From assembly GCA_028534125.1 (NCBI GenBank), contig CM052817.1, positions 81,036,001-81,100,000 on the forward strand: 64,000 nucleotides of DNA. Direction: 5' to 3'. Source of the DNA: Lama glama. Lineage: Eukaryota. Below, in pieces: positions 22,195 to 35,899 of the stretch. Under the pieces are notes generated by a model. That model searched no databases and was not told where the DNA came from. It worked only from the letters and a program-made list of their open reading frames with translations. Numbering within the stretch: the stretch's first letter is position 1; each line of letters begins with the position of its first letter. The position numbers and the translations under genes are program-made.

Positions 22195-24615
22195 TTTATG
22201 AGAAAAAGGTTAATTGAGATATAATCACATACCATAAAATTCACTATTTTAAAGTATATAATTCAGAGATTTTTAGTGTCTTTACAAACTTTTGCAACCA
22301 TTGCTATTATTTACTTTTAGAACATTTTCATCACCCATAAATGAAACTCCATACTCATTATCAGTCACTCTCCATACCTCCTCCCCACCAGCCTCTGGCA
22401 ACCACTAATCTACTCTGTGTCTCTATGAATTTGCCTTTGTGAATATTTCATACAAATGGAATCATACAATGTGTGTCCTTTTGTGTCTCACTTCTTTCAT
22501 TTAGCACAATGTTTTTAAAGTTCACTTGTGGTTTAGCATATATCAGTACTTTATTCCTTTTTGTGGTTGAATGGTATTCCCTGTATCGATATACCACATT
22601 TGTTTATTCATTTCATTAGTTGATGGACATTGAGGAGGGTGCTATTTTGAATGATGCTGCTAGGAACATTTGTGTACAAGTTTTTGTGTAGCACTATGCT
22701 TTCAATTTTCTCAGGTATATAACTAGAATTGGAATTGCTGGGTCATATAATAACATGTTAAGCTTTTTCAAAGGAAGATCAAACTTCTCAAAAGTGGCGG
22801 CACTAAAGTGGTGGCATCACTGATTAGGCAGATTAGGCAGTTACAGAGCTTTATACCTCCATATGAGCAACTGATAAGCTGGTAAAAATAATTAGAATTA
22901 ACTTGTTTAGAACTCTGCAATCCTCTCAAAAACTTGCCATAACCAGGGGAAAGCTTAATGATGAAAGGCATTGCTGCATTATACTAAGAGAGTGCTCTGG
23001 CATTTTAAGTTGCTGCTCATTGTCCCCACTCCCAGATTAGCAGTAGCTATGATAATGGCAGCCTGAAATCCTGGTGTGGGTTTCTGGTGCCTGAGGAAGC
23101 AATGTAGACTTATTCTCAAAGACTTGTGGCTATGGATTTCAACCTGTTCGGCAGATCCTCGAAGGACTAGTGCAAGGGCTTGCCATTGTTTTGCCTGATT
23201 TGGAGTTTTTGCCAGGTCTAGGGTGGCTTCTTTGGTGGTCTTTGCAGAAAACATATAAAAGAAAAAGCATTAGCCATGGCACCCTTGGGTTTGCAGTCAA
23301 GACACGCAATGGAGAGACCAAAAAGTCTAGGAGGCATGAGGTAGAGAAAGGATGTATGTGGGGGAATAAGAGCTTTGAAAAGCTCCTGCTTGTGTCAGAT
23401 AATAAAGGAGGCAGTGTACATGCCCAGGACTGGACATATTCTCAGAAGAAGTATAAGAGAACCTTAATCTTTTACCTCTGGCTCACCTTCAGGCTCCACA
23501 CAAGCACAAGTGAAGGCTAAGGTAGAGTTCTTAACAGTCTGGCTAAGAGTTAAAAGTGTATCCCAAAACAGAGCCCAAGTGTAAACTGAGGATTTCAGTG
23601 GTCACACATGACAAAGAATATAGGCTTTACAGAAATAATTTAGAAAAGTCACTAAAACAAACAAAAAAAATGACCCACAGCAAGCAGCTACAACCCTGGG
23701 GAATGAGAATAATCTGATTTCCAGAGCAGTCACATTATAATACTCAAAATTTCCAGTTTTTAACAAAATAATTACAAGACATGCAAAGAAAGAAGAAAAT
23801 ACGGCCTATTCACAGGAAAAAAAAAGACATTCATAGAAACTTTACAAGTACCCTGGGTATTGAACTTACTAGACAGATCTTTAGATGAAGTATTTTAAAT
23901 ATGCTTTAAGCGCTAAATGAAAATATGGACAAAGAATGAAAGGAAGCCAGGAGAATAATACTTCATCAAGTAGAAAATATTAGTAAAAAGGTAGAAATTT
24001 TTTTTTTTTTGAAAAAAGAGCCAAATAGGCATCTGGAGCCTAAATATGCTATAACTGAAATGAAAAATTCACTAGAGGATTGCAACAGCTGATTTCAGCA
24101 GAAAGAAAGAATTAATGAAATGAGGTTAGGTCAATTTGGATTATCCAGTCTGAGGAGCCAAAAGAGAAAAGAATGAAAATGAAGGAAAAATAATGAAGTC
24201 TGAGATTTATGGGATGGCATCAAGTGGACCAACCTGTGTATAATTGGAGTCCCAGGGGGTAAAGGAGAGAAAGGAGAAGAAAGAATGTTTGAAAAAAATA
24301 TTGGTCAAAAACATCTCTTATGTGATGAAATATATAAATTTACACATACTAGAGCTCTAAGAACTCCAGGCAGGATAAATTCAAAGAGATCCTTACTGAG
24401 ACACCTTATAGTTAAATTATCAAAAGTCAAAGTGGCTTCATTTTACTTCCCTACCAGCAGTGTATGAGTGTTCTGATTCCTCTATATACTCATGAACACT
24501 TGTTCATGTCTTTTTTATTATAGCCATCTAAGTGAGTGTAGGGTGGTATCTCACTTTTTAAAATTGTATTTCCTAATGGCTAATGATGCTGAACATTTTT
24601 TTCACGTACCTATTA
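22195..24615 (-). mobile_element. L1MB-like 3' end, split in two (about 22195-22798 and 24429-24615) by a nested insertion
   Basis: ttaattgagatataatcacataccataaaattcac…ggaattgctgggtcatat…aaagtggc, resuming aaagtggcttcattttacttccctaccagcagtgtatgag…ggctaatgatgctgaacatttttt. Confidence 0.85.
22799..24428 (+). mobile_element. L1M 5'UTR + ORF1 N-terminal half (3'-truncated), nested
   Basis: Old L1 5'UTR-like sequence, then ORF1-like coding (aaatgaaaaattcactagagg…caagtggaccaacctgtgtataattggagtccca…). ORF 24285-24467 contains RTPGRINSKRSLLRHLIVKLSKVK, the ORF1p RRM motif (…TPRHIIVKLSKVK). Confidence 0.8.
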
Positions 24616-24789
24616 AGAAAACTTCATAAATCAGCAACTGGAGCAAAACATATCAGCCTTTGATCCAGCTAATGTGAAGACAATTTGAGTAATATTCAAT
24701 GAGACAGACTCATTTGGCCACCAAGTGCAGTCAAGGATAATTCTCACACCTGTCCTGCTGGTAAAACTGTACCTAAGGAACTCTGTCCT

Positions 24790-25270
24790 CATGTGAGGAA
24801 AAGTTGATGAAAAAAACTTACCCAGAACTTATGAAGAAATCCTACAGTAGAAAGGAAAAAAATAGCATCATTCAAAGATTCCAGGGGGATGTATATCTTT
24901 GGGAAAAAAATAGTAAAACATTTCAGAAACCTTTCTGCATTTTCAGTATGGCATGAGAGTACTTGCACTCTAAAAAGTAAGAATGGAAAACTGTAATCAG
25001 ATAACCAGTTCAAATGAAAATGTAAAGAAAATGAAAAGAATTGATAAAGTTTAACATTTCAAGAATAACATAATTAACATTTCCACTTAAGGAAATAAAA
25101 AAGCCTGTATCGCAGTACGGGGAATTAGCAGGGTGGAAAACAAACATAAGAAACTCCCCTTGAATTAACTGGAGAATAACAAAGATGTGAAATGATAAGT
25201 TGGTGGAGATTGAGGAAAGAGACAGGAACCAACAATAAATTATAGGCATAGCTAAGAAAGAAACCTAAAC
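24790..25270 (+). mobile_element. HAL1/L1 ORF1-like ancient fragment
   Basis: A-rich ORF1-like remnant (…gagattgaggaaagagacaggaaccaacaataaattataggcatagctaagaaag). Confidence 0.4.
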
Positions 25271-25289
25271 AATCTTTTAAAAGACACAG

Positions 25290-27465
25290 TTCAGATGATA
25301 TTAATAGATCTCTAGATCACTAATCCCCCACTCGGAGAATTTTAGTTCCTGGCTTACTATCATTCCTTTTAGTATTACTCCTCTGATTATTCTTGATTGT
25401 TGGAAATTGCAATTATCACATAGATGATAACTTTTCACACACTGGCCTCTTGGTTTCTTATCAGCTATCCAGTTCAATATGTGTAAATGATGATGTAAAA
25501 TTACCTAAACCACACCACTTCTGTGACCTGTGATTTGGAACCTCACTCTCTGACTGCTTCCTGCCTTGCTCTAGGTCACTCCCTCTAATACTCATAGGCA
25601 CAATTCTCAGGCTCCCCAGCAATTTACACTCCATAGACCTTATCGCATTTTCACTTCCCTCCACAGGTAATCATGTTCCTTCTTACTCAGTTTATGTTCC
25701 TGTTTTAATCATTGTAATCTCCCCTTCTATATTATCAACTCCTGACTTTACTAAACTTTGTCACATTTTCATGGCAAAATCCAGACCCTTATTAATTCTA
25801 ACTCTGCCTACTTCATTAATACACCAGTACAATAGAATAGAATAATTAGTATAAAATGCAAAATCATACTGACTGGCTTCATTTTACATTTGTGGTGTAG
25901 AATTGGGCTGCTTATAGAGCTACCTTCCTGTCCTGGTCTTTTCATTCTTCCCGTTGGCCTGAGGACCATTTTACACCTTTCTTCTCAAACCTCCAATAGA
26001 GTATTACCATCCTCACTTTCAGCTAACTTTGATTCACATTTGACTGAAAAATAAAATTGATATAATCAGGAGGGATTCTCCACTTCTTCACACCAAACTG
26101 CATATGAGTATGCTCTGCCTCCCTCCTCTTACAGTATAGAAGCTATTACTGCTTTCATTTAAGTCTAACCTCCCACTTGTATAATAGATCCTAACTTCTC
26201 TCACCTGTTAGGTCCCTTTCCCAACAATGTTCCCATTTCTTATGCTAATTTTCTGCATCCTAATTTCCCCTCTACATTGAGTTATTCTCATCTGAATACA
26301 AATACACCATATTTTCCATCTTCAAAAGAAATTATTTAGTCCCAATAGCTTCTTCAAGCCACCACCCCGTTTATTTGCTTACTTTTACAGCAGTAGTCTT
26401 TGGAAGGGTTTTATATACTCATTTTCTCAATCTTTCACATTCTTTCTTAAGCCTACTCCAGTCAAAGTTTCAATTTATCACTCTGGCAAAACAACTAACG
26501 CTAAGGTCACCAATCACGGGATTGCTAAATCCAAGGGTCAATTCTGGGACCTTCTCATGCTTTACCTATTGGCAGCCATAGTTGATACCTTCTCCTTTAT
26601 GAAGCCTTTCCTCATTGGCCTTCAATCTGTTACAAGTCCAAACTTATTCTGCTTGCTGCACAATAGGCCAGTAAATCAGGAGACGAAGTGTTGGTGCAAG
26701 AGATAGCAACTTTATTCAGAAAGCCAGCAAAGCAAGAAGATGGCAGACTAATGTCTGGGAGATCCATCTTCCCCAAGTCAGAATTCAGGCTCCTTTTATA
26801 CTAAAAAGGGGAAGGGGTGTGGTTGGTTGCAAACTTCTTGGTATAGGAATTCTTTGTTCTTGAAATCCATTGTTCTTGCAGCTGTCCACATGGGTCAGTC
26901 ATGTGTCCCTGTAAACCTCCAACAAAACAAATGTTATTTTCTATTATACAATTTATTATCTCTATATGGATGAAAAAGTGTTAATATCCTTAAAGGTTAG
27001 AGCCTTGAGAATAGGCTATCCTATGTATTTCAGGCTATAGACAACCTTCTTTTACAAAAGGTACAGTATCAGCAAGACTAGGCCTAGGAAACAGAGCACA
27101 GGGTTAAAGTCAAAGGGACAGATCCATATGGAGTCAGATTTGTTCTTTTCTATTACATGTTGTCTGTCTTCTTCTTAAGCTGCCCCTTCTCAATCCCTTC
27201 ATCGGTAATTTCTCAACTACTTTACCTCTAAACAGTGGAGTGCTTTGGGACTCAATCTTTGAACTTCTTTAAAGTAATTTCAATCCAGTCTTCAAGCCTT
27301 GAACATGATCTGTATGTTGCCCAACCTTAAACTCCAAGCTGACTATCTCTTTATGGAAATCTAATGAGTAACCCAAATTTTCAAAACCAGTAAACTGGTT
27401 TATTTTCACTCAAAATCCACCTCTTCTTGCAGTCTGCCTCATATCCCATGCATTGCTCAGACAAT
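25290..27465 (+). mobile_element. LINE-2 ORF2 region, interrupted by an LTR at 26628-27157
   Basis: Pyrimidine-rich L2 motifs: gagaattttagttcctggcttact…, aaggtcaccaatcac…gctaaatccaagggtcaattct…; after the LTR, cccttctcaatcccttc…acctctaaacagtggagtgctttgggactcaatc. Confidence 0.8.
26628..27157 (-). mobile_element. ERV1-type solo LTR (530 bp)
   Basis: TG…CA termini (tgttac…attaca). On the minus strand, TATAAAA at 26800-26794 is followed by AATAAA at 26716-26711. Cleanly interrupts L2; no target-site duplication recognised. Confidence 0.8.
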
Positions 27466-30400
27466 GTAATAATATAATCAAATTTGGGCTTTAAAAAGAT
27501 CACTCTGTTATCATCATAGATTAAAGAAGAGTAAGAGCAGATCTGAGGATATCAGTTACAAAGCTAAGGAAAGCATATAAAACCAATGAGAAAGAATATG
27601 ATATTCAAAAGAAAATGATTGGAAATGCTTTTTGAAACTAGATCCTCTCTTCACTATACAACAAAATACATCTCAAATATATTTAATAATAAAATGGAAA
27701 AATAAAATAATCAAAATTTTATTCAAAATATACCTCAGCTAAGCAATGTAATTTTGTATTCATTTAAAAATTATATTAATAAGAATATTTAAAAACATAG
27801 AAAAGAAAATAATGTATTATCTAAAAATGAAAGATGCAAAATTGTATGTTGGCCATTTTGTATTAATTCAGTATTTTTATTTTTTTCTCTAAAAATACAT
27901 CAAAATATACAAATTAAAAATTTGTCTCGAGGTAGAGTACTTTGGTTTTTTTAAAAAAAATTTTAACTATTCTTTGCCAAATTTTCTATTTTGAATTTGT
28001 ATTAATTTTAAAAAAGAAAGTTTGCATTGTTCCTTGTAAGGAAAATGATTTTTTAGAGAAGGATTTTTTTAAGGCCAATTAAATGAAATATTAATAATAA
28101 TGAGTAAATTCCCAGCATTACTGTAGTTGGGCCAATATTATGAGCAGGCTCTTCCTGTTTTAAATGGGACCAAGAGGAACTGAGGCAGACTCCTGTGGTG
28201 AGATGCTCAGGGAAGGTTTATAATCAGTGAATTAATGTGATTGGAAAATCTTGAATAGGATATCTGTTAACTTCGAATTTTCTTGAAGATAATGGGTTCC
28301 CTCAATGATTCTATGAATGAGAGTATGAACAAATGAACATCATTAGAAAAATAGACTTTTTCTTGCCTCCAGAAGGGCTGAATAAAACCAAAAGCAGCAA
28401 CTGAAATTCATATTTCACTTGGAACAAAGGTCAGTATTCATTTCATTTTGGATTCATAAAAATTACAGACAGTTTATTTTTCAGAATGAGATAAGGAAAA
28501 TTCTGGAGATTAGAAGACTGAGCATAGTTTAGGGGAAGGGTGGGGAGAAATTCAGTGGGTTTACTTCAGCTTACTCATTTCTGAAAGAATATTTCTTCTA
28601 TACGATGCAACCTTCAAGGCACACTGCCTTCTGCATGTCCTGAAACATAAGGAACAAAATTGACAGATATAATTTAGCAGTCAATTATGATTAACAAATA
28701 CTGGCAGACCAATTTTATTTTCTTATTTATGGGGGACTAAACCATAGTCGTTGGTCATTCCTTATTCAAATACAACTTTTGATTCTACCCACCATAAAGT
28801 TTCAACTAACTAGTAACACAGAGTTTTTTAAGATAGGGACTATGCATTATTACTCTCTAATCCATATTGTATCATTAGATTTTATAACATACCCTAGATT
28901 TCCACTCAGTACTCTGTAAAAATACCTTATTTTCCCTAAAAATAGAACGAAATCTACTACATTGTAATCTGTGCAAATTTACTTATCATTCTGTACATTC
29001 TAATTTACCCAGTTTCATCAAAAGTGAGCTGTTGGAAAACAAAGTAATAAGCCATCTACCCCAATAGCAATAATATTTATTAAGTGCACTTAGGAGAATT
29101 CCTGGTTCACATGTGTTCTGGTTACACTCTATCCCACTGCCCCAGGCCCAAGCCCTTCCAAGGAAACAAGACCAGATAGTTTAGGGAAAGTAAAACATCT
29201 TGGTGCAGCGACGGCCTGAGGAAAGTACTTCCTTTTCATCACACTCCCTATATCCATGATATACTCTCCTTCCTTTCCCTCCCTGCCCCTGCTTCCTACA
29301 GCAAAGAGTGTAAAGAATTTAGCACATTATGTACTGATTTTAAGTTAACATGTCTGTTTACAGATCTCATCATGGTGATAAGTATCTTGGAAATTAAAAG
29401 AGACGTTGCCAGACACAGTGGTTATCTTCTTCCCTCTCTCCAACCCCCGAAGTTGCCTCTAGTGCCAACAGTGTATCTTACCAGCACTTGTCTCTAACCG
29501 TAATACATGTCCTGACAGTTGCCATGAATGTTCGCTGTACATTTTCTGTGATCAGTCAGATGAATTAAAAAAAAAACAAACCTAATCTCAGGAATTCTGA
29601 TTTCAAATTAAGACTAATAAAACAATCTCTAGAAATATAATTTAAACAACTTCAAACTGCTGAATATATTTTATTCCATGAAAGAAAATGCGTGGCCATA
29701 ATTACTTAAATGTGCTCTAGTTGGAAATATTTTTTATCTTGAAATTCAGATCAGGATAACTTTAAATCAGGACCTTTGATCGGGAAAAGACTAGGCAATA
29801 TTATCCATCCACGCATAATAGAATTCTCTAAAATTTAAAAGCAACTGCAAGAACACCACCACCAACAACAACAATATATGTATATATTAATGCAAGCCTC
29901 AATTCTAGGAACATGAAGAACTTTAGGCCAAAACATAAAATCAATACTTTAAAAAATGAAAGCAAACAAACAAAAAACAAAAGGGAAAAGAAAAATCCCC
30001 CAAACTTCCACAATTTGAAATAGTATTGACTTGGCCTTCCTTAAGTGCTGTCTTGACCTAAAGTACATCCTGTGACTCATATTGCAATTACTGTTACAGT
30101 CTTTCTGGTCCAAATTGCTGAGAGGAAGGGAAGTACTGCTATAGACATTTAAAGTGATTAAATAACCTTGTGTACAGAACCTTATAAGAGCTGTACCCTG
30201 AGAAAGATGCAGTGTTTCTCATTTCTTTGTTCCTGTTTCACTTTTATGATCCCTTCTTGGAAGGAAGGTACATTCTGTCTCTGTTTGAAAAAGGTCTAGG
30301 TAACAATAACATTGCCAGTGTTGAAAAGTGCATTGTAGTTGTTTTCCATATACTCACCATGAAGCTGGCTTATTTTTTAATGCAGTTGTACTAAGTCCTT

Positions 30401-32824
30401 ACTCAAAATACTCTACATTAACTTCTCTTTGCAGCTATGTGGTAACAACTGATATATCCCTTATTTGCAAGAGATTCAACATTAGCAGGTTCAGCAATCA
30501 CTTTCTAAGACTGTTCCATTAGGCCTGCCATTAGGAAGAAAGTAGTTTGGGGACTATCAGGTGGAATTTGAAGCTGCCCATAGTTGCAAGACCACAACAA
30601 CCTTAAAATGCCTTTTGTGAAATGAGATGAAACATTCTGTGAGGTGAAAAGTTCAAAGATATTTTTCTAGCCATTTTCACTTTTGGAAAGCCCTCATAAT
30701 CACTTAATTGACAGGTTACATGGCTTTTTCCACCCATTTTTCTTATTTTTATATCATAGGTGTACCTTGTTTTAAAAAATCTGACAGAAAATTGTCATGG
30801 AAAATGACAATAACAAGGAAAGATCTTTATTTTTATAAAAGAGTTCTGTATAGATATCATGCATTTAAATATTCAACCTCCAAAAGTTCAATTTATATGC
30901 AGCTGTTTAGCTGGGTGGTTTTTGCATTGGATCCTTGTAAACCGTAATCCTTTAATTTGGTCTCTTCCACAGCAGTAGCTTGTATTTAAATATTTTAAAG
31001 AAACATTTTCAAAATAATTTATTTCATTTCTTTTTCAAAGAACTCTTCTATTATTAGGAAACACTAATTATTCTCTTTTAAACATGATCTTGAATATTTT
31101 CCACAGATCTACTAGGTTTTTTCTAACTGATTTCATTAAGTCACCAAGTGGCTGTCCGATTATTTTATTGAGCAGTAATATGTGGTTTACCACTAATACA
31201 ATGATCTTGGGAGTAGAGAAAAATATTTAGCCAGGAATACAGTGTTCCTTTTTTTTTTTTTTTAGTAGTAGTTTACTTTGAACTGGAAGTTGGAAGAAAT
31301 TGAGGAATCAGCAAAGTAAAAAATATAAATATACATGTTCTTCAGCAGTTTTTGTGACAACTCCCGCAGCTTTCTTCAACATAGAAGCAGATTCTACAAC
31401 TGCTGTTCTGTTTTCTTCTAAGCAGTTGTAGTTCAAGGAGAAGAGAAGCAGATCAAGGATGAGTTGCTGCTTCGCTCATGAAATTTTACAGGCTTTCCTA
31501 GACATAGGATATACACAATTTCCGTTTTGTCTGAATCTAAAGCAGTTTTGTCATAACCTTTGTTGACTGTGTAACAATAAAGAAGGCTTGAAAACCTTAT
31601 TTATTTTTTTAACCAGTGTAAATGCACAAAATATAAACCAGTTTGAGTTTATTATTCAAAACAATTCTAAGACATATTTACACGATTTGTACTAGTAGAA
31701 ATTCCTTGCCAACATCTCTGGGATTCTCCTAACCATTGGTAAGGCTTTTAATAGCAATTTTTAGGGGGAAACCGCACACAATTTTGCAGAATTTGTGCTG
31801 TCCCACAGAAACTATTCGTTAGATTCTGAGCCAGGCCACCCCTGGAATGTCCATTCCAGCATGAGAGGGCTAACATCAAGCATACTGAGTAAATAAAGGC
31901 TGGTTTGTTTGGTGTAATGGTAGGAAATTTCCTATCATTGTGGCCTTAACAAGGGTGAAATCTCAATATACTCAGTGTGCACAGACCTGGAAATACTATC
32001 TCCTCTTAAGAATGAGCTGGAGGTAGGCCAGTGTACATTGGGAGCAGTGTATGTTGAGAGAATTTCGTGAGTTTAGATAGAACAGGAGAGAGGGACTATA
32101 AACAATCATTGCTTTTATACATGCTGATGTAGGAAGTGATGATTCTTTAACCTCCAGAGCTGTGCATAAAAATAACTCTATTTGTGAGAAAATGAGGAGG
32201 ATTTTGTTACACCTTGTATGTAATCAAAATGATCTTCCCCAAACATATTTGATGTTTATTATAGAAGACTCATGTAAGTTTTGATATTGGTAGGCATTGG
32301 ACTCTCTGCCTTCCTTGGAACTTAGAGTTAACTGTTTAAACAAGAATCAGCAACTTCAAGTGTAGCTCTTAAGATTTAAATACGCTATTGGCCAGGTTGT
32401 GAAACTTAGCAGAGTTGTGCGTACTCTTCCCTTCTGCTTCTTATTTTGTTTTTCTTTTCCTTGTCACTGCTTTATATCATTCCATGTCCCAGCTTGTTAA
32501 GGGCTTCAGGCTAGTTGGTAGGTACTATGTACATTCTAAAGATTGATGTCTATTCACAGGAGCGTATCCAACAGTGCTCCAGAAAGATTGTAGTTTTCAG
32601 CAGCTGTCAGCTGCTATATATATATATATATTTTTTTTTTTTTTACTGTCTCAGTGGTAGACCTGAAAGCATTTATTTTTAATTGATTATTTCTTACTAA
32701 TAACTAGGTTCATCTTAGAGGAGGCATTTTGTACTTTAAAATGATGTATGATGAACTTTGTTGTTAATTACTCATAGGAACTCTGGCCTCTTTCCTTTGA
32801 TCATAGTGTATTTTCTGATGTTAG

Positions 32825-33010
32825 TGATAATAATAATAACTAATATTTACTGATTAACTCAATGCACCAGGCTCTTTTCTCAGTGCTTTATTTTTATTAA
32901 TTATTTTAATCCTGTCATCAGTAGTACACATACTATCCCCTGTTTGCAATTGAGGAAATAGAAATACAGAGAGGCTAAGTAACTTGTCCAAGTTCATTCA
33001 GCTAGTAATT
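32825..33010 (-). mobile_element. MIR SINE
   Basis: taataataactaatatttactga…tttaatcctgtcatc…tgaggaaatagaaatacagagaggctaagtaacttgtccaagttca. Confidence 0.8.
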
Positions 33011-33139
33011 TATGAGTTTATGAAACTCATAAATAGTGCCCGATTACATCAAGAACATCTTAACATTGTCAGTTATTACAGCTTAGATTTGACTAAAATA
33101 TTGGATTATGTGTTAGTACCAGGGAAAGACTATTATATT

Positions 33140-33390
33140 TGTAATAACAACAACAGCTAGTAATTATATATTTTCTGCCAGGTAACTTCTAAGTGCTTTA
33201 TACATATTAACCAATTTAATCTTCACAACAGTCTAATGAGGTAGCTTCCATTAACATATCCAATTTACAATGAAGAAACAAGGCTCGGAGGAGTTGAATA
33301 ACTTGCCCAAAGTCACAGAGCTCGTAAGTGGCAGAGCTGGAACTTAACCAGGCAATTTGCCTCAAGTCTATTGCTTTGACCACTATGTTA
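33140..33390 (-). mobile_element. MIR SINE (near full length)
   Basis: ctaagtgctttatacatattaaccaatttaatcttcacaacagtctaatgaggtag…gaagaaacaaggctcggaggagttgaataacttgcccaaagtcacagagctcgtaagtggcagagctgg. Confidence 0.9.
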
Positions 33391-34529
33391 TGTGTTTCTC
33401 AAAAGCCATAAGAGCTATATCCTTAGGTTAAATTAGGGCCTTTTCCCAAGCTTCTGTATTTACTTTTGTTAGCATTTTTTATAATGTTAGTGAGTATGTA
33501 TTTTTATATTTCTAATTCTAACAAAGTCCTTGTCATCCATTAAGCAATTAATACCTATCTAAGTAAATAATATACGTGACATATATGATATAAAATTGTC
33601 AGAGTAATATTTAAGTATTGAGAAAAAGAGCACTGAAACTGGTACCACAGTGAATCATCTAAAATTCTTATCAAGGAAAGTTACTGAATGGCTATATTGG
33701 ATTTTTCTAATGATCCATTTTCCAGTCAGTGGTCCTTTTCTTGCTTGCTATATCTGGATTTTGAATTCCTTTGGGCAGGAAATATTCAGGAATCCCACTG
33801 CCATTCTGAAATTTGTCTCAACCACAGATTCAGAAAATTAGTAGCATCCACCACAGGATGCTGAGACCAAATGGCAAGCTCAGAAGGAATCCCTTCTCCA
33901 GCAGGTTGTTTTTGCTTTCCTAATAAATACTTGTTCACTTCCTCTTGAAAAAGGAATAACTTTAAAAGCAGAAATTTGAAAATTTCATAAGATTTACAGG
34001 GTAAACTCTCTTCCATATAAATCACTTTAGCCTATAAGCAGTGAGCAAGCTTTAAAAAGGCCACTTTTAAAGACTCAAGCCTCTAGGATAGTTTAGATAA
34101 GGTTTGAGTAAGTGGCCAAATGTTCTGAACTAGAATTCCAAGCCTGTTAGTAATGATAATATTATTTAGCACTTAGATAATTCTTTTTGCAGGCAGTAAC
34201 CATTAATCATTCATCTCCCCCCTGTGCACTATGCAAGTTTTAAAATAATCAGTTTATAGAGGCAAATGTTGAAGTTGAGAGGTGAAGAGTGTATTCAGGG
34301 TCATAACCTGGGTTTATTGCTTGAGCCAGAATCTGACATGTAGTTTTTCTGAGTCTTTATCCCTATCATATTCCACAAGCTACTACCTTAATTCTGTGCC
34401 AAGATTTTTTTGTTTAGTGTAACTATCTGAATACATGAAGTCAGTTTAACTCTGCTTATAATACTCATATTGTTTATGGGAGACAGTGGAAGGAGTTGAA
34501 AGACCTACAATGTTTTCCTTATTCAAATG

Positions 34530-34660
34530 TGTACTGGCTCTGGAATCGAGCAAATTTCCAAGTTTTCTTGAGCCTCAGTTTTCTTATCTGCAAAATGGGA
34601 CTAATATGTTTCAGCTCACGGGGATTTCTGAGAGTTAAATATGATAATATGTATGGATAA
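34530..34660 (+). mobile_element. MIR SINE fragment
   Basis: tgagcctcagttttcttatctgcaaaatggga…gagagttaaatatgataatatgtat (MIR core). Confidence 0.8.
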
Positions 34661-34759
34661 TTATTGATAGATGTCATTTTTGGAGTTTCCACTATATATA
34701 AGTCACTTCAGTTCAAATTCTCAACAGCCAATTTATTTTAATCTGATTTTATTGGTTTA

Positions 34760-35160
34760 TTTATTTATTAATTCAACAGGTATTTTATTGGATGACTACT
34801 ATGCATGTTGTCTCATAGAATAATAAGCAAGACAAACTTTCTGGTCTCCTGGAACACATAATCTTTGAGAAGGGGTTGTTTACAATAAACTAATAAATAA
34901 ATATAAATGTGAGGTATAAATTCCATATAGGATAAATTGTGTGATAAATTCCTTGAAGAAAAATAAAGCCAGTAAGAGTAAATGGGAGTGATTTGGCCTG
35001 GATATTGTTTTATAGAGGGTGGTCAAAAAAGTTTACAGATAAACATGTTTGAGGAAAGGTATAAGAGAACTGTGGGAGATGGTCTTGGGATATTGTGGAG
35101 AGGGTACTTTCTAAGTAGAGAGACTAGCAAATGCAAGTCTCTCTGAAATAGAGTGCCAGC
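34760..35160 (-). mobile_element. LINE-2 3' end
   Basis: attcaacaggtattttattggatgactactatgc…aagacaaactttctggtctcctggaac…gcaaatgcaagtctctctga. Confidence 0.75.
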
Positions 35161-35899
35161 AATAGAGGTCAGATTCAAGATATATTTTGGCATGGCTGAG
35201 ATATAATACAAATTCAATAGATAAGGTTGGAAATGAGGATATAGATTTAATATCATAATCTCCATTTTAAAGAACAAGTGTCTTAGAAATGTAACAGCAA
35301 AACCAAATTATAAAAACAAGATACAAATGCCTATCTAGTACTGTGTATTCAACTAGACCGATTTCCTCCAAAAATCATTATCTATGATGTTTATCCATCT
35401 CAACCCCATCTGCATAAGGTTCTCTGTTCAGAATTGGCTGGTAAGTCATAGAGTACTGAACTGTACTGTGGATAATGTAAGAAACAGAATCAAAGTATTA
35501 GGCAGTTTGGCCAGAGTTAAACATACACATAAAAAGAAAAGGTTTGTTTAGTCTTTTCAGTAAATCTCTGAGGTTACCTAATTCATTTTTTTTAACTCAT
35601 AAATATCTTATCCCATATGGGGGTTGGGGAGAAGGGAGAAGAAATTCAAATACTTTAGGACAAACCTCTTAGAGAATGTTCCAAGAAGAACCACATACCT
35701 CAGGCTACTCAGATACAGAAGTATATTACAGTGAATATGCTACAAAAGAATTTGTTAAAGTAATTACCTTTACTGTTCAGTGATTTCCATAGCAACCACA
35801 CAATGACTCATATACAAAATCAGGCTCTAATGAAAGGAACAGCCAGTTTACTGTGCCAGATTACCATATATCCCTGTTTTCTTTCTATGTAGGATTAAA

